A stretch of DNA of 63,439 nt, counting the filler, from Octopus bimaculoides (Eukaryota): NCBI RefSeq assembly GCF_001194135.2. It is 7 parts of 7 records of this genome, joined end to end, with 100 filler letters (N's around TTAATTAATTAA, not from the genome) between each part and the next. Parts side by side here need not be neighbours in the genome. Positions count along the whole stretch, not along the records: positions 1 to 14,036 come from NC_068992.1; positions 14,137 to 26,727 come from NC_068981.1; 5 more parts are not named here. One strand, 5' to 3'. Positions 12,306-26,228 of the stretch are shown here, in pieces; position 1 is the stretch's first letter; every line of letters starts with the position of its first letter. A program made the translations under genes and the position numbers. The notes below the pieces were generated by a model. The model made no database searches. It saw only the letters and a program-made list of their open reading frames with translations, and was not told the DNA's origin.

Positions 12306-13777
12306 TGCAGGGAAGAAATTATTTTTAGCCATGTTGTAAAGCAATTCCTTGCTATGGTTGCTAGAAATAAAATGCATGTCTGAACAAAAAAAGAATAGTA
12401 AAATTTCATCCATTCATCTTCAGAGCAACGATAACCAGACATCTGCACAGAATGTTTATATATTGTTCAACTTCTACAATAAGTTATCTGGTTGTGTCAT
12501 TTGCACAGAAGGAAAAATCTTAACAAACCACCTCCTCCTTTTGCCATCAGCATGTTCCCTTTGCACCACATGTATGGGGGGGGGGAGGCATCAAGAGGTA
12601 TTTGGGGACAAACTTAAAGACTTTCTTTACCATTTCTGTGTTTATGTTCCTGCGGTTTAGATAATTCACATCTCTTCTATTCATTATTTCCATTTTTGGC
12701 CTGATGCTTTCTTTTAGATGTCTTTGCTGTCTTTAGTTACCCTTAACCCTTTCCAGGTTTTGACTGGTTGTTTGCATCATACTTTTGTCTATAGAGCAGG
12801 GTTCATTCCACTAATAAGACTGAAGACTTCCCGCTACACACTACCAGTTCTTTTTTTTTTTTTTTACTTACTGTCCCCCTTTCATGGTTTACCTGGGATG
12901 AGTCTTACTGAATCCCAATCTTCTTCATTTGACGCATCCATTTTTGTCATAGTTTTCACAGTTCTCTATACTTCCTACCAACAACTACTTTATGGCATGA
13001 AATGGGACCAAGCACACAATTTACTGGGACCAGGAGAATAAGTGAGACCCAGCAGAATTAAAAATGAAACGTCATATAGTGAAACAGCCTGTCTCACACA
13101 GAAATCAGTAAGTGAATTACTTGGAAATGACGATTGCTGCCACTAGGACAGGAGATCCCTGAGTATTTAAATCCCAAACTATGAGCATGTTATGAAATGC
13201 AGATACAATGCAAGGTTGGTCAAGAACCATTCCCTGATAAGCGAGAAAAATGAAAGAGAGGAGGTTGCCTATGTACCTATGGCCTCTCTGGGTTAGGGGT
13301 TTTGAGTGATTCCTTGGACAATAATGACACAGCTTCTCTGTCTATTTTCTCATTTTCTCACATGTTTTCCCCCCACCTTCACACTCACTTTCCTATTTTC
13401 TCCTCAGGCTGACTTCAACACTTCTCTTTCCTCCAACGACCCTATCAGGATTCCTAGGCACTCTTGTCCATGTCCCCTTTCCATCACACCTTTTATTCAT
13501 ACCTCATAATGTAAGATAACACTGGACCACCTTAACACATTTCTACTCTGTCCTCTTCTTTCTCAATAGCCCCTAATATTAATCCTTTCTCTTTCCCCTA
13601 TTTCCTGCTATACTCTCCTCCTCCTATAGTGTCCAATAACTACCCTTTCATAACAATATATTTGCTCCCCTTATCTTATTTTACTCCCCACCCTCATCCC
13701 CCTGACTAAAATCGCCACACCTTCCCTTTTCTATTCCACTTCCCTTTTCATCCACTTCAGCCCCTTAGTTTTACTAG

Positions 13778-13969
13778 GGCTCATGCCATGCAAAAAACTT
13801 CTAGTACGTTGTGTAAAGTGGTTGGTGTAAGGAATGATAACCACCTATATCCTGCAAAAAGTGGACACTGTGGCACATTGTAGTCCTCCAATTTATTGGA
13901 TTCTTTTAAACCAGCCACCCAACCCATGTCGGCATGGAACACAGAAACTGAATGATGATGATAATGATG
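13778..13969 (+). mobile_element. RTE LINE 3' UTR/tail fragment, decayed
   Basis: GTAAAGTGGTTGGTGTAAGGAA...AACCCATGTCGGCATGGAA...(GAT)n matches the RTE 3' end at 61620-61789. Confidence 0.7.
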
Positions 13970-14001
13970 CATACATACATATATATATAAAATAAACGGT
14001 C

Positions 14002-14036
<35 letters not shown>

Positions 14037-14136
14037 NNNNNNNNNNNNNNNNNNNNNNNNNNNNNNNNNNNNNNNNNNNNTTAATTAATTAANNNNNNNN
14101 NNNNNNNNNNNNNNNNNNNNNNNNNNNNNNNNNNNN
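14037..14136. other. Artificial 100-bp scaffolding spacer (44N-TTAATTAATTAA-44N); identical spacers at 26728-26827, 38018-38117, 40471-40570, 55514-55613, 61071-61170
   Basis: The identical structure occurs six times, and the 12-mer gives stops in all six frames. It is not biological. Confidence 0.95.
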
Positions 14137-16363
14137 TATATATATATATATATATGTATATACATATACATATACATATGTATGTATGTGTATGTATATC
14201 TATGTGTGTATGTTTCATGTGTATGCATATGATTGCATGTGTCTGTGAGTGCATATGTGTCTTGTCTACGCACACCGACTCGAGAAAAATTTCGCTGTCA
14301 AATAATACTTCATCCCAATTGAAATGGAAAATTGATAACTAATCTTATGCCACTATGGTTTTCTTATTTCTTCTGTCAGTTAAGCGACGTTTATGATTTG
14401 ATATTTTTTTCTTTTCTTCCCGTTGAAAATATTACACTTCTTCCTTGCTTTATACGCCAATTCTTACTATTAGATCATGACAAGATGTAAAGAAATATAT
14501 ATTGTGAGTAATATTTCATAAAACCAAAAAGAATAACATTTTCTTACTTTGAGCTGCATTACTACACTACTGGGAAATACATGCGAAGAGATATACAAGG
14601 CAATATATAAAATGTAACACTCAACACATTCATTTCACTTCATTCTTAATATCCCATGGTATACACAGGTTCAAAAATGTTGTGACTACTCACACTTCAG
14701 ATAAGACTAGCTATAAATAAATATTATACCTTCTTTCTCTTTAGTAGGTAATCATTTACTGGAGACATAGCACTTTTACTGTCTAACCTGCAAAACAATC
14801 GAACATCTCAACGGGTAAATATAAATGTAACATTTGAACAGATAAATATAAATGCATAACGCATAAAACTAGCGAAATGAAATCTATTACCATATGCTTA
14901 AAATTTGATTGTGGCTGTTGTTGTTATTTATGATACTCTTGATTCTATTATTATAGTGATGGTATTCACAGCTGTGCCGTCTTTCTTTGTGTTACATATA
15001 TTGTGTGTAAACTATACTTTTCTAGTTCATGTTGCCGCAATGTTACACACAAGCATTCTGCCTTCGAACATTGTTAGTTCCGTTCCGGAATGTTGAGCAG
15101 GCTTTAATAATATGTCTGGATGAGAGCACCACTTCATCAAAACAATGTATAGTACCGTCAGCATAATTCATTCACACATTTCAATTTTCAAAATTTGCAT
15201 AAATATTTATGAACAAGTCAGGATAAATTCATAGGCCTTATTGGATCGGTGGAACAACCCCCCATGTTAACTAGAAGTTCCTATCATTCAACATACAGTG
15301 TATCGGGGAAATTGCAGGATACGTACGCAAAATAGAACATGGAAAATTAGATGCCATCAGAAAGAAATCAGCAGCCATAAAAGCATAACACTCTTAAAAC
15401 CAAATTGCGTCGCCCAAAGTGAAGGCGAAACTTCAGCAAAAAAATGTTATGAAACAGATTCTGGAATTGTCTTTGATCCCAGCACTGTTCATTTATAACC
15501 GATGGCAGTACATCGAAACAAAACGAAATGTAAAAATCTGAAAAACTACACCTTTGAGAGAGTCCACAAAATGAAAATGGGAGAAAATTAATGAAAATAA
15601 AAGACTAAATTTTAAAGATGACGAATATATATCATGAGAAGATACATCTGACAGGTACAAGCAGAAGAAAAAATAACAATATACAAGGAGACTAAACTGT
15701 TGAACATTTATGTACTTGTGAAGCATATAAACCAAAACTAAATCCTGAAATCGAAAACATGCATAGAAGACAGGATGTGTAACATTTAAGTATGGGAAGC
15801 TCTAAAGACGAAAATCCTTTGTTTCAATTAATTATTTCCTAACATTGAAATGAACCTTGCAAAATAATCCAAGTGTGGGGTTGAGATATGTGATGCACAT
15901 AGATATCAGGTTTATTCTCCTCGAAACTGATCTAAATTATGTAGTGGAAATTTTAAAATACAAGTGTTTGAAATTGAAATAAATAAAAAGTGTGGAAATA
16001 AAATATATAAAAAGGTAGAGTAGAAAGTAAGAGAAACAATGAAAATATAATAGTAATAGTGAAAATGATGACAATTTCTTGTTTTTACGAGTGGGGCATC
16101 TGATGGGGTGGATATTACAAAAGTTTACGATTTGTCGAGAATTTTACGTCAAGAAAAAAAACGGAATACGAGGTGTTATTGGATAAAAAAGTATACATAG
16201 TGTGCAATGTATGTGAAAAGTTTCATAATGCATTCCTCTTGTGACAAGAAACATCAACTAGAACCAATGAAGAGTTTCCATAGATCTAGAATCAACCATG
16301 CCCATAAGATCCAGAACTAATCTTGCTAATAACTGCACATGCGCCTTTCTGGTTAGTGTATGC

Positions 16364-16512
16364 TTAGAATACGATTAATCCGCCTAAAGAAAATTATAAT
16401 TGGGCTCCACTTGTAAGGTCATACGTTGTTAATCCTGATATGTAATCACTATTCCGTGAATACATCATTATGATGCATACGACTGGTGTATCCTTACCAT
16501 ACGTGTAGTCAT
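16364..16512 (-). CDS. Candidate 15-nt exon (16498-16512) and terminal exon (16364-16383) separated by a 114-nt intron
   Basis: On the reverse strand: atatttcag|ATGACTACACGTATG|gtaagg ... ttttctttag|GCGGATTAATCGTATTCTAA. The phase 1 reading is x-DYTY-G-GLIVF*. Confidence 0.25.
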
Positions 16513-18304
16513 CTGAAATATATTGGGCTTCGTATATTTCTCCCTCGTGTTATTCAATAGTCAGTTTGCAAGAGATACGAACGCCCAGACAGATATAGAA
16601 AACCGGTGACAATGGATAATGTGAATGACATAAATATATATAGAGAAGCACTTATATGCGCAGCACAAGAACGAGCGTTTGTGCATTAAGTCTACCACTC
16701 AGGCAGGTCACGGCATTGATCCCTATAAGATAACGGAAATCATCCGGTGCGACATTTTTTTTAAAAATTTTGTGCAACACACTGCTCTCCGTTGCTGCTT
16801 CTCAGCGATCCTTGAAAAGAATTAATATCAATGAAGCATATAAAACCAAAGAATCTATCTGATGCCGAAGCGACTATTCTAATTCCCTGTCTTATAAAGT
16901 TTGAATTTCACAAGTTTATAAAAGAACTTTTTACTTGTGACTCTTCTCTCCTAAAAGCAGCTACCATATTTCTCTCAAATTACATTCATCCATCTTAAAA
17001 AAGGACAATTAGAACATAAATGTAGGTTTAGAGAACCATTCAAAGATGTGATGGTCATGGCTGGAATATATTCCATTATAAATCAACTCTATTACTGAGT
17101 TGATTTCAGCTACTACTTTTTTCTTCTACTGAAATGTATCATTTGAAAGCATCTCAAACATAGACACTGTCTTTGTTCACGATCTCAGGTGAAGTTGCAG
17201 GCATAGTTATTATTCTATTATTCACATTTTTTCTCAGTTTAATTATTTTAATCGTTACAATTTAATTAGTTCCTGAGGGAGGTATCAATTCGAAACCATA
17301 CTTGTAAAAATGTATATATATTCAAATATTTTTCGATTAAAATAAAGTTTAGAATTATCTTATCAAGAAACAGATAAAACAAACAATTCCATTTTCCTTT
17401 AGATATAAATCATAAACATTAAATTTAAATTTAAATAAACTAACTCATTTTAATCAGTAATCTTCCCCTTGGGTCGTCTTCCATCTTTGTTTTTGTTAAA
17501 GTTAGTTTTGAAGACTTATTTCATGAACTTCGTACTTAAATATGAATTATATCTCTCCAATAGTTAGATGTAATTCCAATTTCGCTATATAATAATTCCC
17601 TTCTCAGGACGGTCGGTAGTCTGAAAATGAACACAGTTATAAAATACCCATTAACAATATCATTGCCATTAATGTCAACAATATTTGTAAATTGATTGCA
17701 TCCACAAATGAAATGACTGACTAAGAACTGTAAAGATGCACAACACCACAGAAACCCCCAACAGCAGTAGTGGCGGCAGCAGCAGCTATTGTATTTTATC
17801 CTATATTAACACCAGTATAACAGCATGAGGCAAACATTACACTAGGACCAAAAGGACTCAAAACGCTTGTAGCAATTTCAGCAACTGAAATAGAGTTTGT
17901 TTTCTGACAAAAGAGAAAAACAATTTTAGCAGGAAAACATATAACATATAAACACATTAATTGGTTCTACCATATTGAGCGTATTTATTCAATTTTCTGT
18001 TCACTAATTGGGAGAAAAAACTTTTCCAGTGGTTTATATTATTTTATTTTATTTTATTTTATTGTTTTTGGTACTAAAATTCGGAGAGGATGTTCCCTGG
18101 GAAATGCCGATGAACATTCTTCACCACATTTTCTTACCCAATGTAAAGATAGCCATTTTAAGTAGATATGATAGACCGTATTTACAAGCAGGACAAAGAT
18201 TCTATTAGGAAGTTGCTGTCGTAAAACAATGACATAATAATTATTAGTATTAGTAATAATAGGAATAATAGGAGCAAAAAGAACAAAACGAAAGTAGGAA
18301 ACAC

Positions 18305-18486
18305 GAGAAGAAGAAGAAGAAGAAGAAGAAGAAGAAGAAGAAGAAGAAGAAGAAGAAGAAGAAGAAGAAGAAGAAGAAGAAGAAGAAGAAGAAGAAGAAG
18401 AACAACAANNNNNNNNNNCAGCAACAACAACAGCAACAACAACAGCAACAACAACAGCAACAACAACAGCAACAACAACAGCAGCA
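18305..18486. repeat. (GAA)n followed by (CAGCAACAACAA)n trinucleotide-type repeats
   Basis: Direct inspection. A 10-N gap lies between them. Confidence 0.9.
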
Positions 18487-21204
18487 ATGGCATTAGAACC
18501 AGGCGAGAAGTTTCAGTCGAGCGAAACATTAGGAGCATCATTGCTTAGTTATCGACCCGAAAACTTGGAAGTCAATGTTAGCTTCAGCGAAAGGATCTGG
18601 AACCCAGTCCTTCTAAATATGCTGTTATATATGTTTTCACTTCCCACAGCCATTAAATCATTATCTCTATACAACTTTATTGTGATTACACACGCACTGA
18701 ATAAACACTAGCTGATAAGAATAAGAAACGTTCAACCAAACGGACGATAACCCTTGTGGGTAACAGATGGTACTGTTTGTAGTAATGGGAAGCCGATATT
18801 TCATGTGTTAATCTTAGCATACACATGCTGATACAATTAATGGAAATAACGAGAGCATTCTTAGAATTATTTATGGCGATTGTATTAATGATTTTAGATA
18901 TTAATGATATAAATTAAAGCAGTAGTAAAAATATTAGTAATATATGTGGTACCAGAAACTAAGATTTGAACAAGCGCATCCCTTTATGAATGATTGCGTA
19001 TAAGCTAACTGTGTTTGAATTCGAAGCTGGCAATACTTGTGTCAACAGTCAGACATATCTTCAGTAGATTACGATCTTAACTAGAGCAGGCTAAACTAAT
19101 TCTTATAGAGAAATAGCCTTCTTTTAGGAAAACACGCTTTGGATAGTAACGCAAATTAAGTAACTTTAGAGGACATGGAATTTCAGCGTCATAAAATACA
19201 CTTGCCTACTCAGAAGAATGAAAACAGTGTGAGGCTAAATAAACAATGTATCGTTATAACAGATAAGATTCACTGATATAGAAATGACATTTTGATAAGA
19301 TAACTCGTGGAAAGACATAATCCTTTCTAGAAAAAATAGAAAAGAAATACATCTCATACGATAAGTAAACAAACAAAATATAAACATGTTTCCAAACACA
19401 GAGGCGCATGCAACAAAATATATCCTCCTGCAATAATATCTTTTAAAGGTACGTTGAAAAGAAAAACGAATTAGGGTTCTTTAAAAGTATATATTTGAAA
19501 ACAATCCAAGTAAATCTATGAGGTGGTATACAGAAACAAGGTAGATATAGATAATGTTAATACTGCAAAAAAAAAAAACAACTGAAAGAATTGCAAAACA
19601 TATTTTTAAAAAAGCAACAGTTGTACAACAAATGTAATAGCCGTTTGGGATATTGGCGTATAGTAGATATTCTGAAGATATCTCTATACAAAATTGTATG
19701 GTTCTATTGAAGACCAGTAATGAACTTTTTCAGGAAATGGATAGTTCTTGATATCTAGAATATTCAAAATCATGGGTTATTGTCATTTGACATTCTGTAA
19801 AGCAAGGTTACGTCAATTATCTAATATTTCATTAAAAATCTGGAGTAAATATCTAAATGGCATTTTTACTACGAGGTCAACACTAATCACAAAGAAAAGA
19901 TAATTACTGATTCATAGTTTAACATTGTTATCTGTGAGCTGCTTCTGAAGTAATAATAAATATTATGACTCAATTTGACTGAATGAGAGGTGACGGATAA
20001 CACTTATGGATATAACTTACGAGTTCATTTTTAGCTTAATATGGAGGCGTATGACCTAAGGATGAGGGCAGTCAGCGTAGTGTATCCCTCGGGAAGTCAC
20101 TTCGTATCATATTAAACCAGTGCATCAGTTGAAAATGAAAATCAGTGGTATGTGAAGATTAGCGTTTCTGATGAACTGGTGTCATGTTCTCACACTAAAT
20201 TCTGTGGAAGCATGGGGAGGTAACTGCATTGTAGCATGGAGACAGATACATTAACTAGATCGCAATTCATCATTCGAAAATAAACAAAACGAACATAACC
20301 TATACAAGTTATTTTTTGAAACATGGCATTTCAATCGATTGCACATGACTAGTGCAAATAAACATCGGTAATTCACAATTTTGATGAAATAATATTGTGC
20401 TTCTGTATATCAACAAAGAACAAAATATTCTTTTGGTCTCTGACTACTGCAGATTATAATCGTCAAGTTTTCGAAATATCTAATGGGGTATTTCAAAGTG
20501 GTAATAAATGTTTTCTTAATATAATGTTAAGCTTTGAGCTCTTTGATGAAAGCTAATTTGAGGTACCAGACGATCTTGCTTTCTATAAATTCTTAGTGAC
20601 GTATGAAATTAAAACTATATTAATCATGCGTATAAGTGGACGACAATGGAGAGTTAATCCAACAGTTATTAATACCAGACAATGATAAAAGATGGCAATA
20701 ATGTTGTCCATTACAAACCTCAAATCTTAATAAATTACACCGAAAATTTTGGATGCCCTCTAGCTACGTATTTTAAGAAGTATTTGTAATGCCATGAAAT
20801 TTATGAGTTCTATTGAATCTATTACTGATGGTTCTCAGAAATGAGTTGAAACTAAAACATTCATTTTCCTCTTTATGCTTTATAACGCATGTCGTTTATA
20901 AATTTATCAATTATTGCTTTACACTAAAGCTGTTTAGTTTTCTTTTTGTTTGAATGATTTTTTTATTATCTACAACCCTTCGAGTAGTAGAGAAAATGTT
21001 TTATCACAAATCACTGTATAGCCTATAGTATCCAGTTCTTAAGCGCAAAATCACTATCCATAATCGATTAAGTAGAGCAGCATTTTGAGGAAATCTGAAA
21101 TAGGTATGGCATGAAGCGGAATTTGTCCATATAACAACAACAATAATAAAAGCAACGAATACAACAGCAACAACAAGAGCAACGGCAATAATAATACTGA
21201 TTTC

Positions 21205-21312
21205 GAATTGTGGCACAAGGCCAGCAATGTTAAGGGTGGGGTAATTTGATTGCCTCGACCCCAGTACTCAACTGTTACTTACTTTATCGACCCCGAAGGG
21301 ATGAAAGGCAAA
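21205..21312 (-). mobile_element. SINE family B fragment
   Basis: TCGACCCCAGT...TTATCGACCCCGAAGGGATGAAAGGCAAA matches the family B core. Confidence 0.75.
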
Positions 21313-23062
21313 TAGTAATAATTGTTGGTGGTGGTGGTGCTGGTGGTGGTTATGGTGATGGGGCAGTAGTTGTGTGGGGGACTAGTTGTATTGGGGATTG
21401 ATATTGTTGGGGAGCGATGGCGGCGTTTATCATGGGGGGTTATTATTGATGGTGGAGACAGTGGTAGTCGTGGCGCTGTTGCTGCAGATGATGATAATCA
21501 TGATGATGATATCGAATGTGGCGCTGGTGGTGGCGGAGAGCATGACCGATTTTGTGATGAAGGACAGAAATGATGATGATAATGATACTAACCATTTCAT
21601 GATCGTACGGAAATACTCTTGTGAGAATATATTCAACAGCTACTGTAAAAATAATCATTCCAAGGCGTATTTAAGCTAAACTCTGAAATAATTTATTAAC
21701 ATTTCTTATTCCAGATAAAAGCATTTCAAATTTTTCTGATCAGGATTCATCTGGTTCCTTCTGAAGTTTCTAACCGTTGTATGAAATGGAATTTTCATGA
21801 CTTAGCATTGCCCAAACGAACGTTCTTCAGGTTTTGAGAGAAATTCTATTCACATTTCGGCATGTAACTGGTTGAAGTTTTCTTTTCCAATTCACTCTGT
21901 CAAAAATATATGAGGAGATTAAGCAATAAAAGTAAATTCAGGAAGTCATATTTGTCTATATTCAACATATCAAAACCTGAAAGCGTGTTCTCTCGTTTCG
22001 TCGTATTGTGTCTCTCAGTGCCAGTTCTGTATAGAACAGAAAATTACATTTCCTGTGTAAGACTTAGGAAATTGTGAAATTAGTAAACTGTAGTGTGAGA
22101 TGATACAGGTAAATGATAGATACTTATAATTTGGCAAAACAAACAGCAAAATGGATTTATTTTCTTTTTTGTTGCGTTTTTCGTTTTGCTAAACTTAAAT
22201 CGTACACATTCACACATATATACTGTCCGAATCGTAGTTTCTTGCTAACGCATGTTGATGAGTAGGTACACGAATTTGTCAATTACAATACAGCACATTT
22301 TATCTTCTTTTTTTCTCCCCACATATGCTCGGGTCTGAACTGAATGACCATACATTCAGGGCATTTCAAGATGTCTTCACCTGTATTTTTTCCTGCATGC
22401 ATTATACAGTGCGTTCTTTTTGTATTGAAGGGTACGCTGCATGAATACGTTGCTGACTTTTATAACATGTCACACGGCTACGTATGAGTTCATTCCATTT
22501 GGCTGTCATTATATACTGGAACTGTTGGCGTTGTTGCGATTGTTTTTAATATGAACGGATCCATTTCAGTTCTATTCAAGATTCTATTATTTACGTGGAA
22601 ACTACTCTTCATTCATGTTAAAATTCCAAGTAATATCATAACATTAAGCATATTGTACATGAGTCCCAATATAATTTAATAGCCATTACTGAACATAGAA
22701 GTGAAAACCAGGATTGGCATCGCAAATGTGCTGTAAGCAATATATTTTTATTATTTTTATTGCGTTAATTCGCTGAGCTCTGGTCATGCTGGGGCACCAC
22801 CTTTGTCGATATATTATCGACATCGGAAGAGTTCAAGACTTAATGGGAAGGAAGGATGAAGTGAAACAGCCAAAGAAGAATAAACATAACGTAATGTACA
22901 GTCGATCGATGAACTGATTTCCTGCAATCCGTATGACCACTGAACATTTCGGTGTTGGTGAGGTTGTCGCATGTCAATTTATCATCAGGTCAATATCTTG
23001 ACGTTGCACATTTCACCAGCACAATGTCACTAGGTTACATCCTCTTTTATTTTAGGTTCAGG

Positions 23063-25638
23063 TTATAATGGGCCATCTATGTATCCAATTGTTCCTGCAA
23101 GTGGTTCTCGGAATGATTCCATTGGATTTTCTTTAAAACGTACGTAAATATATCTTGGTATATAATCTCGATAAATTCCGGAGATGTATGGGAAATAATG
23201 ATAAAAATATCATGTGTGTCTAACATTCTTTAATTCTATCACAAAAAATATCTTAATTTCTAGAAAATTGCTTAGATAATCCTGGAAGGGGAAATCAGCT
23301 TAGAAAAGCAATAGAGAGTTGTTAATAAATACATGGGAAATAGAGAATTACGATTCGGAATAAATTATTTATTTCTGCAATGAAAATGTTCAGTTATGCG
23401 AAATGTAAATCTGCAGAAGCCTATTACGGATTCAAAGTTGTTATTAAGTAAGTGTATCTTCAGGATCACAGAGAGATAAAGATAGACAATAGATAGATAT
23501 ATATATATAGAGAGAGAGGGGGGACAGGGAGAGATAGAGAGAAAGAGAGCGAGGGGAGAGGGAAGAGAATTTTAGTGTGTTTTTTAAGTAAAAACATTTG
23601 TTGGGTGGCTGCCTAGAAAATTTTATTTGTTTGAATTTGCACAATCAGAAAGACTAGCGTCTGCAGGTAATCCGGTTTATAGCAAGGTTTGAGGATTAAG
23701 CGACTTCAGATACTTTATGGGAGAAAAAAGACACGTGGCCAAAATAGGTTTGATGGTGACAGGTTATATAATATCAGTCTTGTTCATGCACAAGCTTTAA
23801 CTGAATATTGATCTTTGCATGCAGAAGTATGATAGATGATAGATCATTTTTCTTGTTGATGATTAACATTGGTTGTTGCAGCAAATGCAGTTTCTCACGG
23901 ACCCAGAGTCGGCAATTATGAACTGAGTAGGAGAAAACCCTGTTGAGGAAAGTCCATGTCATTTTAAAGAAGTCATTTCCTTGCTCACGAGAAGAATCAA
24001 ATAGAGTTATACGATCCCTACACTTTAATTAGAGGATTGACAGTAAGTACATTTATTTCTGTAATTTTCTTACCAAATGCGATCCAGCTTCTCAATATCC
24101 TTCACTTGAGGATGCCGGCTGAAGCTAAATTTATCTCTGGATGTAATGTGGAGGTAGAAGTGTTCTCCAGAGATCAGGTAAAATCATGTTCGTTCTATAG
24201 TAACATGCAATGACCAAATATTTCTTTAGAATGTCAATATAAAGAGAAACCACTCTTTGTATTTGCAGCCGTCATTCAACTTAAGAATAGAACATGTATG
24301 TAGATTAATTTCCTTCACCTCAAATTTTAAAATATCTATGTCTAGCGAAAGCCAAGTCTTTCTTTCTTATTTCTAATTTTTCTATTTCACATTCATTTCC
24401 GAATTATAAATCAAATATATTCTCGAAATATTATATAATATAAATACTCACACACACACGCGCGCGCACATGCATACGCACACATACAAATTGTGAGGAG
24501 CCCCCGTGTTTTATTTAACTATTTCTTGTATTGGAAATGACAAATTCAAAATTGTTCTAGCTTGACACCTATTCATATGCAGTTTGTGTATACTTCACTT
24601 CATGGTTATTTACAGCTCTTATTTACAGTTTTTGCAGATATTTCTAATTAAATAGGTCAACCTATCTGATTAACCGGTGAAGACTATTTGTTGGAACAGC
24701 CTCTAAAGTCAAGCACATATTCGAAGGCCTAAATAAAATCATTTCCAAAATGCATAATTGAAAATGGAAGGCACAGTACTAGTAAGGGACCACAGAATAG
24801 CGAAACATATCGAGTAGAAAGCGATTGAAATACGCCAATAAAATTGATAGCAGAATAAACATCCACTTTGCTAAAGCTATGTCAAACAAAAAAATCGATT
24901 ACCGTGAGGTCCATAACTCAGTAAACGATGAGAGGGCTGCAATTGCTATATTTCTTCTCTTCTACATCAACATTAACGAGCAAAAAAGGGTGTTTGAACT
25001 CTTAAAACGTGTCATTGCGTCAAGGAACAATGTAGGATATCCTTAAAAATGATCATTCATTCTTTATCTATTACATTCTCAATCATATTTAGCTTCAACC
25101 GAATAATATAAATTGTGAAAGTCCGAAGCTAGTTTGCTGCATTTGCATTGCTTCGGTATGTGTGTGTNNNNNNNNNNNNNNNNNNNNNNNNNNNNNNNNN
25201 NNNNNNNNNNNNNNNNNNNNNNNNNNNNNNNNNNNNNNNNNNNNNNNNNNNNNNNNNNNNNNNNNNNNNNNNNNNNNNNNNNNNNNNNNNNNNNNNNNNN
25301 NNNNNNNNNNNNNNNNNNNNNNNNNNNNNNNNNNNNNNNNNNNNNNNNNNNNNNNNNNNNNNNNTGTGTGTGTGTGCGTGTGTGTGTGTGTGTTTGTGTG
25401 CGCGCGTGTGTGTATAGCTATGGTTGTTTGTCTGTGTGTGTGTGCGTGTGCGTGCGCGCGTGTGTGTGTGTGTGTGTGTGTGTGTGAAGTCAACTGCAAA
25501 AACAAAAGTAACAGCTGACGTCAAAGACAAGTTCACAATCAATATTATTACGCTAACACTCACAGAAGGGAAAGTGTACGGAGTAAAGTTATAACGTTGT
25601 GGACATAGATTTTCGTTGGATGAAAGAGCAAAGTCCAT
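23063..25638 (-). CDS. Candidate mini-exon gene: exons 25564-25638 (doubtful), 24903-24961, 24074-24118, 23899-23939, 23063-23130; unknown product
   Basis: Canonical AG/GT sites with compatible phases give ...KRRNIAIAALSSFTELWTSR-RHPQVKDIEKLDRIW-VFSYSVHNCRLWV-QNPMESFREPLAGTIGYIDGPL*. AATAAA lies about 11 nt after the stop. No homolog recognised, and a rival + strand reading exists. Confidence 0.4.
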
Positions 25639-25909
25639 GGAGAGACAATGAAGACAAGATAGGGGATCAGAAAAGAGAGAAGAAAGCAAGAATTGCATTC
25701 AGATGTTAGACCTCAGGCTAATCAAATATGTGAGAATAATTTCTACTCTTTCATGGCAGGAGAATGTCCTTTCAAGTGTGTGTATGCGTATGTGAATACA
25801 TGACTGGATACGAGCCTACGATGCAGGTTACATGTATGTAGTATGTATGCGTATATATATTCAGCTGCGTATGGGCGCATATGTACGTCTATGTTAGCTT
25901 ATATAAGTG

Positions 25910-26228
25910 AAGGCGCGTGTCTTAGTGGTTGGGGCGTTCGATTCGTGACGGTAAGGTCGTGAGTTCAATTCCCAGCAATGCGCTGTATCCTTGAACAAGA
26001 CAGTTTATTTCACGTTGCTGCAGTCCACTCATCTGGCAAAAATGAGTAGTACTTGTATTTCAAATAGCCGGCCTTGTCACACGTTGTGTTACGCTGAAAC
26101 TCCCTGAGAACTACGTTATGAGTACACGTGTATGTGGAGTGCTCAGCCACTTGCATGCTAATTTCACGTGCAAGCTGTTCCGTTGATCGGATCAACTGGA
26201 AACCTCGACGTTGTAACCAACAGAGTGC
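25910..26228 (+). mobile_element. tRNA-derived SINE family C, CpG-intact
   Basis: Head AGGCGCGTGTCTTAGTGGTTGGGGCGTTCGATTC...GAGTTCAATTCCC with A/B boxes. Tail matches 48632-48942 (-) and 62770-63012 (+). Confidence 0.9.

Noticed and set aside
11515-12448. Long ORFs rich in YI/HT/CV or X (also at 32.4-33.7, 35.5-37.8, 53.3-54.5, 56.9-57.5 and 61.7-63.4 kb)
   Set aside because: These are translations of microsatellites and N gaps.
12880-12960. Minus-strand ATG-exon candidate MTKMDASNEEDWDS followed by GTAAGA
   Set aside because: No compatible downstream minus-strand exons were found, so it is unsupported.
14081-14092. TTAATTAATTAA palindrome regularly flanked by N runs (six occurrences), superficially like a repeat-spacer array
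   Set aside because: It is an exact 44N-12nt-44N, 100-bp assembly spacer with six-frame stops. It is not biological and not CRISPR.
18419-18486. CAG/CAA array suggesting a polyglutamine exon
   Set aside because: It abuts a (GAA)n run and gap, has no splice sites, and is followed by a decayed SINE B.
22290-22440. Minus-strand TGEDILKCPEC resembling a C2H2 zinc-finger linker
   Set aside because: The His pair and further fingers are absent; this is a chance match.
25910-25990. tRNA-like sequences (also at other SINE heads)
   Set aside because: These are SINE heads continuing into SINE bodies. No complete cloverleaf tRNA gene is present.
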